Below, one piece after another: positions 57,543 through 64,000 of a DNA stretch of 64,000 nt. The notes under the pieces were generated by a model. It did no database searches, was not told the origin of the DNA, and saw only the letters and a list, made by a program, of their open reading frames with translations. A program made the position numbers and the translations under genes. This DNA comes from Parcubacteria group bacterium Gr01-1014_8 (GTDB lineage: Bacteria > Patescibacteriota > Minisyncoccia > Phycocordibacterales > UBA2100), in assembly GCA_007376385.1 (NCBI GenBank), contig VMGC01000001.1, forward strand, positions 224,001 to 288,000, written 5' to 3'. Every line of letters starts with the position of its first letter. Position 1 is the stretch's first letter.

Positions 57543-59513
57543 ATGCGCATCTTAAGTATTTCCAGTGATTGGAACGTCTTTAGTGAAGACAGTGCCGTCG
57601 CGAGACGCCAGCGTCTGCAGGCTTCAACCGTAGAGCGGTTCGATGTGTTCATGCCGCATGGGCCCGACGAGACCATTCATATCGCAGGAAACGGGACCAT
57701 GCGCGGGTTTGGTCCCGGCAAATTGCGAGGCATGTTTCGCATGTTATGGTCCGCATTCAGGATGCAAAGACCGGATATCGTTTCTTCACAAGACCCATTC
57801 TTTCTAGGACTTCTTGCCTGGAAGATCGCAAAAGTGCGGGGAGCAAAACTGCATATACAGATACACACCGATCTTTTTGACCCGCATTTTGCAGCGCATT
57901 CTTTCACCAATCGAATTCGATTGCTGCTCGCGCGTTTCGTTCTCTCGCAAGCAGATTGCGTTCGCGTCGTGTCGGAGCGCATTAAGCGCTCATTGGATAA
58001 ATTGCATCTTCGTGTCCCGGTTTCTGTTCTTCCGGTTTTTATTGATGCGGAGGTCATTGACGCGGCGCAACCTTTGCAGAAACGCAGCGTATATCCCGAT
58101 TTCGAGAAAATAATTCTAGTCGTCAGCAGACTCGAGCCGGAAAAGAATGTTACTGCCGCCCTTCGCGCTCTGCCGGACATATTGAAAGCGCAGCCGGGCA
58201 CCGGGCTCGTCATCGTCGGCGATGGCTCTTTGCGCGAGCAGCTCGAACGTCTTGCGAAAGAGCTCGGCATTGAGAAACGCGTTGCTTTTGCAGGCTCTAC
58301 AAAGCCATATCCATACTACAAAGCTTCAGATCTATTACTTTCGACCTCTGATTACGAAGGATATGGGATGGTGGTGGTAGAAGCGCTCTATGCAGGATGT
58401 CCTGTCATCTCGTTCGATACTGGCGTCGCTCGCGAAGCAGGTGCCATAATCGTGACTCCAGAGGTTCTTGCGAGCACTGCGGCTGCCACGTTATCAGAAG
58501 GCCGCCGTGGGAAACTCGCTTTTACTTTGCCGAGCGAACAGGAATATCGTGACCTATGGCACTCACAGATCGCGCTTACGCTGGCACTGAAGAGTTCTGC
58601 CTCCGCGCCAAAAGCGGCATCGAGAAAGGCGTTGAAAATAGGTTTTATCGGGCAAGGCTTCATCGGCAAGAATTACGCGGATGACCTCGAGCGACGCGGT
58701 ATCTCGGTCACACGGTATGCTCTCGAAGAACCGTATCGGCAAAATAAAGACAAGATAAAAGATCGCAACATCGTTTTCATTGCCGTTCCAACACCGACCA
58801 CACCGAAAGGGTTCGACTATTCGATTGTGCGAGAGGCTGTCGGTCTTGTCGGGAAGGGAAGTGTTGCCGTCATCAAATCCACGCTTGCCCCGGGCACGAC
58901 AGAAAAGATACAGAAAGAATTCCCGGGCGTCATCGTGATGCACTCTCCCGAATTTCTGCGGGAAGCAACGGCGGCGTTTGATGCTGCGAGACCGGATAGG
59001 AATGTCATCGGGCTTGCCATCGATTCGCCCGAGAACAGAGAGCGTGCAAAGGACGTTCTTTCCATTCTGCCGTCTGCTCCGTTCGAGCTCATTTCAACGT
59101 CGAGAGAAGCGGAACTTATTAAGTACGCGGGGAATGCGTGGCTGTATATGAAAGTCGTATACGCGAATATGCTGTACGACCTTTCAGAGCGTTTGCATAT
59201 CAATTATCAAAGCGTGCGAGAGGGTCTTGCCGCGGACCCGCGCGTTGGAAGGTCGCACCTAGATCCGATCCACGCCAGCGGGCATCCTGGAGCTAATCCG
59301 GGTCGTGGGGCGGGAGGTCACTGTTTCATCAAAGATTTTGCCGCACTTCGCATGGAGTATGAGCAAGCTTTGCCGGATGATACTGCCGGAATCGCAGCCT
59401 TCCGTAAACTCGAGGAGAAAAATGTGCAGCTGCTTCTTGAGAGCGACAAAGACCTCGAACTCCTGCGCGGTGTATACGGAGATGAACTAGAGAATTTCCG
59501 AAGGAAGAAATAA
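57543..59513 (+). CDS. Fusion protein: N-terminal GT4 glycosyltransferase plus C-terminal UDP-glucose/GDP-mannose dehydrogenase-like domain
   Basis: Residues 1-330: GT4 (EGYGMVVVEALYAGCPVIS). Residues ~345-656: KIGFIGQGFIGKNYADDL NAD-binding, IVFIAVPTP, STLAPGTT, and catalytic-Cys motif GAGGHCFIKD (compare UGDH GGSCFxKD). Only ~65 aa follow the Cys, so the C-terminal UDP-binding domain looks truncated. Confidence 0.65.
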   Translation: MRILSISSDWNVFSEDSAVARRQRLQASTVERFDVFMPHGPDETIHIAGNGTMRGFGPGKLRGMFRMLWSAFRMQRPDIVSSQDPFFLGLLAWKIAKVRGAKLHIQIHTDLFDPHFAAHSFTNRIRLLLARFVLSQADCVRVVSERIKRSLDKLHLRVPVSVLPVFIDAEVIDAAQPLQKRSVYPDFEKIILVVSRLEPEKNVTAALRALPDILKAQPGTGLVIVGDGSLREQLERLAKELGIEKRVAFAGSTKPYPYYKASDLLLSTSDYEGYGMVVVEALYAGCPVISFDTGVAREAGAIIVTPEVLASTAAATLSEGRRGKLAFTLPSEQEYRDLWHSQIALTLALKSSASAPKAASRKALKIGFIGQGFIGKNYADDLERRGISVTRYALEEPYRQNKDKIKDRNIVFIAVPTPTTPKGFDYSIVREAVGLVGKGSVAVIKSTLAPGTTEKIQKEFPGVIVMHSPEFLREATAAFDAARPDRNVIGLAIDSPENRERAKDVLSILPSAPFELISTSREAELIKYAGNAWLYMKVVYANMLYDLSERLHINYQSVREGLAADPRVGRSHLDPIHASGHPGANPGRGAGGHCFIKDFAALRMEYEQALPDDTAGIAAFRKLEEKNVQLLLESDKDLELLRGVYGDELENFRRKK

Positions 59514-59517
59514 GTAC

Positions 59518-60669
59518 TTGCCCCGTGAGATAACTCACTCAGCGATGAATTCTAAATCTAGTATGAGTCATGATACGTCGAATGAGGAGGGAATGCGGAC
59601 CGGACTATCTCATGGGGTAAACCTACTCGTATGCGCGCAGACGGTAGATATTAAAGATCCGTTCAATGGCTTTTTTGTCGAATGGCTCCGAGAAATGTCG
59701 AGTCATTTTTCCAGCGTCCACGTCATCAGCCTCTCTGCCGGCGAATATTATCTTCCTTCAAATGTCCGAGTTCTCTCTCTTGGAAAGGAATCGGTGAGAG
59801 GTCCGCGCTTTGTCGTACGGTTCCGCTACATCTGGCTCTTACTTCAATACAGCTGGTCTCTGCGCCGTGAATACGATTCAGTGTTCGTGCATCAAAGTCA
59901 GGAGTTTATATTAAGCGCAGGATTTCTGTGGGCGCTTCTTCGAAAGCCTGTGTACCTGTGGCGCAATCACTATGCAGGAAATATCCTCACCGATATCGCC
60001 GCATACTTTTCGCGAAAGGTTTTCTATACCTCACATTTTTCCTATACCGCAAAATACAAGCATTCGGTTGCCATGCCTGTCGGTGTCGATGTTGAACAAT
60101 TCGCCCCAGGAGGGGATGTTGAGCGTAGAGCGCGTTCTATTCTTTTCCTTGGTCGCATCACACCTTCCAAGCGTCCGCATATGTTGCTTGAAGCGTTGTC
60201 GATAGTGCAGAAAAAGTCGATTTCTTTCAAAGCATCTCTCTACGGCTCATACCTTCCTTCCGATAGTACATATCGCGAGGAGCTTATTCAGAAAGTGAAT
60301 ACATCTGCTTTGAAAGACAGTGTCACATTTCATGAGGGGATACCGCACAAAGATGTGCCGCGTGTTTTCAATCAGTTCGAGCTGTACGTGAATCTTGCGC
60401 AAAGCGGGATGCTCGATAAGACGATATTTGAAGCCGCGGCATGCGGCGCGGTTCCGTTAACTGCGAGCAAGGACTATGCAGACATGGCAGGGGAACAATT
60501 TCTTTTTGAGAATGCAGAGGACCTCGCGAAGAAACTTGAACAATTCTTGGGAATGCCAGAAAACAAAAAAGACGAACTTCGTTCGCGCATTCGCGCTCTT
60601 GTCGTGCAAAAACACTCGCTCAAAGAATTGGGTCGTCTGCTCTCTGTTCAGATGGTTGCGTTGAATTGA
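59518..60669 (+). CDS. Glycosyltransferase family 4-like
   Basis: FLGRITPSKRPHML... and FEAAACGAVPLTAS (E-x7-E-like GT4 C-terminal motif). Confidence 0.6.
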   Translation: MPREITHSAMNSKSSMSHDTSNEEGMRTGLSHGVNLLVCAQTVDIKDPFNGFFVEWLREMSSHFSSVHVISLSAGEYYLPSNVRVLSLGKESVRGPRFVVRFRYIWLLLQYSWSLRREYDSVFVHQSQEFILSAGFLWALLRKPVYLWRNHYAGNILTDIAAYFSRKVFYTSHFSYTAKYKHSVAMPVGVDVEQFAPGGDVERRARSILFLGRITPSKRPHMLLEALSIVQKKSISFKASLYGSYLPSDSTYREELIQKVNTSALKDSVTFHEGIPHKDVPRVFNQFELYVNLAQSGMLDKTIFEAAACGAVPLTASKDYADMAGEQFLFENAEDLAKKLEQFLGMPENKKDELRSRIRALVVQKHSLKELGRLLSVQMVALN

Positions 60670-60803
60670 TTTTAGGCAGCTATTTGCCTACACTGACGAA
60701 GCATGTCATCTCTAGCGGAAAGAAACATAGTCGTAACCCCGATACCACAGCGCTTTGCGCTGGCTACGGGGCAGGCCGGCTCATTTCACGCCGTACTTTA
60801 AAT

Positions 60804-61793
60804 ATGTTGGACAAAAAAACTATCGTCGTAACTGGAGGTTTAGGGCATATTGGCTCGCGCCTTATCCGTTCGTTCGGCTCCACTGTGAATGAGATACGGA
60901 TAGTTGATAACCTCGCAACACAGCGATACCCCTCACTCTTTGATTTGCCCGAAACACCGCGAGTCCGATTTTATGAGGAGGATATTCTGACGGCGAATCT
61001 CGGAGAGATTTTCAAAGGTGCTGATGTAGTGGTGCATCTCGCGGCGATTACGAATGCTGAAGCGACTGTCGGGAAAGAGGAAGAAACAGAGGCGGTGAAT
61101 TTTGAAGGCTTGAAACGCGTTGCTGACGCGTGCGAAAAGACAGGAGCCAAGCTCATTTTTCCCTCGACGACCAGTGTGTACGGCAGTCAGGAAGCAGTTG
61201 TCGACGAGACGTGCGCAGACCTTCAGCCTCAAAGCCCATATGCTGTCTCAAAATTGAAGGCAGAGGAATACCTGACGGGGAAGCGCGGAACGGGCTTAAA
61301 GTTCGTCACTCTCCGACTCGGTACAATATTCGGCTGGTCAGTGGGAATTCGTTTTCATACGGCAGTCAATAAATTTATCTGGCAGGCGGTGAACGGGAAG
61401 GAGATAACGGTCTGGAAGACAGCGTGGGAACAGAAGCGCCCATATCTCGATCTTGGTGACTGTGTCCGCGTATTTAATCATGTCATCGAGAGTGACCGAG
61501 CGTCGAGCGAGGAAATACTGAGCGCAGCAGCGCGAACGTACGATTTGTTCGACGGAGAGATATACAATGTCGTCACGAAGAATTTTACCGTGCGCGACGT
61601 TGTCGAAGGCATTCAGAAATTTGTTCCCTCGCTTCGCGTCAAATACGTTGATTCAAAGATAATGAACCAGCTGTCTTATGATGTAGTCGCCGACAAAATT
61701 GCAAGCAAAGGGTTTGTGCCAAAAGGAGACCTTAGTGTTGCGATAGGAGAGACAATCGATAAATTAAAAACGATTGTACGCACTTCAAATTAA
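60804..61793 (+). CDS. NAD-dependent sugar epimerase/dehydratase
   Basis: Start at ATG 60804 (MLDKKTIVVTGGLGHIGSRL). Has the YAVSK catalytic YxxxK. The listed ORF from 60666 is an upstream extension. Confidence 0.7.
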   Translation: MLDKKTIVVTGGLGHIGSRLIRSFGSTVNEIRIVDNLATQRYPSLFDLPETPRVRFYEEDILTANLGEIFKGADVVVHLAAITNAEATVGKEEETEAVNFEGLKRVADACEKTGAKLIFPSTTSVYGSQEAVVDETCADLQPQSPYAVSKLKAEEYLTGKRGTGLKFVTLRLGTIFGWSVGIRFHTAVNKFIWQAVNGKEITVWKTAWEQKRPYLDLGDCVRVFNHVIESDRASSEEILSAAARTYDLFDGEIYNVVTKNFTVRDVVEGIQKFVPSLRVKYVDSKIMNQLSYDVVADKIASKGFVPKGDLSVAIGETIDKLKTIVRTSN

Positions 61794-61796
61794 CGT

Positions 61797-62972
61797 ATGC
61801 GAATACCTCTCAAACCAGTCATCGATTTTGGGAGAATGCCAATCGCAAATGCTTTTCTTGCCCCTGGACAATTCGAGGGTGAATATTTTTTCGATATGGT
61901 GGTCGGGTACGATGCCGAAACCGATGCCATCGGATTAGTGAACACCGTTCCGCCGGAGAAAATGTTCCACGAGAACTACGCGTTCTTTTCATCCACTTCA
62001 AAAGGAATGCAAAAGCATTTTTGCGAGACTGCGGAAAAACTGAAACCTCTTGCCGGGAGCGGAATTGTGGTTGAGATGGGGAGTAACGATGGCATCATGT
62101 TGGATGCATGGAAAGATCTAGGCGTGCGGGCGATAGGGGTCGAGCCTTCTAAGAATGTTGCCGCGGCGGCGCGAGCGCGCGGCCACAAGGTCATAACAGA
62201 GTTCATGAGCGAAAAGGTGGCAGACGAAATACTTTCGAGTGGAGAAGTGTCGTTCGTGTTTGGCGCGAATGTCTCGTGCCATATCGAGGATATAGAAACG
62301 TATTTCAAAAGCATTGCGAAGCTCATAGGAAAAAAGGGCGTGTTCGTTTTTGAAGACCCGTATTTTCTCGATATCGTCGAAAAGACATCCTACGACCAAG
62401 TCTACGATGAGCACGTTTGGTATTTCACGATCTCGTTCATCAACAAAATGTTTGCACCTCTTGGATATCATGTTTTTGACTGCGAGCATGTTCTTGTGCA
62501 TGGGGGAGAGTTGCGCATGTATGTGGGGCACAAAGACACACATACCGTGAAGTCAGTCGTTGAGGAATGGCAGAAGAAAGAAACCGACCTCCCTCAAAAA
62601 CTTGAACTCCTAAAGGCGAATATTCTTCTATCGAAGAGTCGTATGCGGGAGCTCCTCGTTGGTCTCAAGAAAGACGGGAAGAGAATGTGCGGGTTTGGCG
62701 CATCCTCAAAAGGAGTCATCGTATGTAATTTTTGCGAGATAGGTCCTGATTTAATTCCTTTCATCACGGATAACACGCCCGCAAAGCAGGGAAAATACTA
62801 CCCAGGGGTTCATATACCGGTTCGTCCGCAGGAAGAATTCAAAGATGTTGATGTTGCGGTGCTTTTTGCGTGGAACCATCTTGTCGAGATAGAAAAACTG
62901 CCTCTTATTCAGGAATTTCGTAAGGCAGGAGGGAAATTGGTCACGCACGTACCTGAGCCACATCTTTTCTAG
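61797..62972 (+). CDS. NDP-sugar C-methyltransferase (TylCIII/NovU-like class I SAM methyltransferase with C-terminal C-methyltransferase domain)
   Basis: The N-terminal LKPVIDFGRMPIANAF element resembles the substrate-binding N-terminus of sugar 3-C-methyltransferases. SAM motif VVEMGSNDGIML. C-terminal domain as in that family. Confidence 0.65.
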   Translation: MRIPLKPVIDFGRMPIANAFLAPGQFEGEYFFDMVVGYDAETDAIGLVNTVPPEKMFHENYAFFSSTSKGMQKHFCETAEKLKPLAGSGIVVEMGSNDGIMLDAWKDLGVRAIGVEPSKNVAAAARARGHKVITEFMSEKVADEILSSGEVSFVFGANVSCHIEDIETYFKSIAKLIGKKGVFVFEDPYFLDIVEKTSYDQVYDEHVWYFTISFINKMFAPLGYHVFDCEHVLVHGGELRMYVGHKDTHTVKSVVEEWQKKETDLPQKLELLKANILLSKSRMRELLVGLKKDGKRMCGFGASSKGVIVCNFCEIGPDLIPFITDNTPAKQGKYYPGVHIPVRPQEEFKDVDVAVLFAWNHLVEIEKLPLIQEFRKAGGKLVTHVPEPHLF

Positions 62973-62992
62973 AGGTACGCTATCATGGCTCT

Positions 62993-63721
62993 ATGACGAA
63001 GATTCTGGTTACGGGTGGTTCCGGTCTGCTCGGCGGACATATTCTCGCCCTCGAGTCTTCGCTCATTTCGCCATCTCATTCGGAGATGGATATCACTGAT
63101 AAGGCGAGCGTCGAAATGGCTTTTGATAAATATCAGCCTGATACAGTGCTTCATCTTGCCGCCGCGACGAAGCCCCCAGAACATGAGAAAACACCCGCGA
63201 TCGGTATTGAGAACAACATCATAGGGACAGCGAATGTCGCGCTCGCGGCACTGAAAAGAAACGTCCGAATGGTCTACACCTCAACCGACTACTTATATAG
63301 CGGGAAAGGACCGCATACAGAGAACGAGCCTATGCTCCCGCCGTATAAATTTGCGTGGTCAAAGCTTGGAGGAGAATCTTGTGTTGCGCTTTTGCCAAAC
63401 AGTTTGATCCTTCGTCTGTCGTTCGGTCCTAGGCCTTTTCCATGGGAGAAAGTGTACAAAGACCAATTGAATTCGAAATTGTATGTGGATGAGATAGCGC
63501 CGCTCGTGCTTGCTCTAGCTCAAGGCAGTGAAGTGGGTATTATGAACGTCGGCGGTCCCCGAAATACGCTCGAGGAATATGCGCGGCGTACCAAGCCCAA
63601 TATCGAAACGATTGAAAAGCCTGAATGGGTGCCAGCGGATACGAGCCTCGATATTTCACGTATGTGCGATGTTCTCGGCATTACAGATGCGCACACGCTT
63701 TTGAAACATTACATACTATGA
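62993..63721 (+). CDS. dTDP-4-dehydrorhamnose reductase (RmlD)-like NAD(P)-dependent reductase
   Basis: ILVTGGSGLLGG N-terminus. Fits the RmlD substrate-binding-domain family in size and pattern. Confidence 0.65.
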   Translation: MTKILVTGGSGLLGGHILALESSLISPSHSEMDITDKASVEMAFDKYQPDTVLHLAAATKPPEHEKTPAIGIENNIIGTANVALAALKRNVRMVYTSTDYLYSGKGPHTENEPMLPPYKFAWSKLGGESCVALLPNSLILRLSFGPRPFPWEKVYKDQLNSKLYVDEIAPLVLALAQGSEVGIMNVGGPRNTLEEYARRTKPNIETIEKPEWVPADTSLDISRMCDVLGITDAHTLLKHYIL

Positions 63722-64000
63722 TAGATGGCGTACACATAAAAAATATAGTTCGGCACAACGACGAGCGCGGCTATTTTGCGGAGCTGATGAAAAAAGGGGA
63801 GCCGGGTTACCACGAGATAGCGCAGACAAGTTACGCTCTGACACTGCCAGGAGTTATCAAAGCATTCCACTTTCATGATTACTCTGAAACGTGGGTCGTT
63901 GTTCGAGGGAGCGCGCAAATTGTTATGTACGATGGAAGGGAAAACTCCAAGACTAAGGGAGAGACACAGGTCATCGAAGCGGGGGAAGAAAACCCTATCG
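63718..64000 (+). CDS. dTDP-4-dehydrorhamnose 3,5-epimerase (RmlC, cupin)-like, N-terminal part (continues past window end)
   Basis: ATG at 63718 overlaps the rmlD-like stop (ATGA). Translation MIDGVHIKNIVRHNDERGYFAELMK... carries the RmlC D-x-RG-x-F-x-E motif. The gene is not in the ORF track because it is truncated by the window edge. Confidence 0.55.
   Translation, partial: MIDGVHIKNIVRHNDERGYFAELMKKGEPGYHEIAQTSYALTLPGVIKAFHFHDYSETWVVVRGSAQIVMYDGRENSKTKGETQVIEAGEENPI

Overview
This 64 kb window is a bacterial chromosomal segment with several Candidate-Phyla-Radiation (Patescibacteria)-like hallmarks. The 16S rRNA gene is split by a ~0.84 kb intron that encodes a LAGLIDADG homing endonuclease, and there is no adjacent intact 23S. 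A Lamin-tail-domain protein is present, Shine-Dalgarno sequences are almost absent upstream of genes, and the 16S 3' end lacks the canonical anti-SD. The first 15 kb carry purH (partial), a NUDIX hydrolase, secDF and an aromatic amino-acid supraoperon: tyrA, an aminotransferase, chorismate mutase, a candidate Trp T-box leader, trpE-G-D, aroA-K-C, trpA-B-C and trpF. The rRNA locus follows (16063-18358). Downstream of the 16S lies a 2.3 kb AT-richer insert with two unknown ORFs, bracketed by copies of a repeated intergenic terminator element. Then comes a GC-rich structured spacer with 23S-5'-like motifs on the opposite strand, and tRNA-Ile(GAT). The remainder encodes murA, a GNAT acetyltransferase, purT (with two in-frame palindromic mini-insertions), purN and a two-component system. 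A second LAGLIDADG endonuclease gene sits between a tRNA-Leu 5' fragment and an intact tRNA-Leu(CAG). After pdxST comes a secreted DUF4430/alpha-alpha-toroid (transcobalamin-like) protein pair with cobalamin-riboswitch-like motifs upstream. The rest includes a K+ channel, an M48 protease, murI, murD, murC, pit plus DUF47, rsmI, a soluble VirD4/TraD-like ATPase followed by an LTD surface protein, and a surface-glycan cluster (UXS, four GT4 glycosyltransferases including a GT4-UGDH fusion, an epimerase, a sugar C-methyltransferase, rmlD- and rmlC-like genes). No CRISPR array was seen. All calls come from reading the sequence and the supplied ORF translations; no searches were run.
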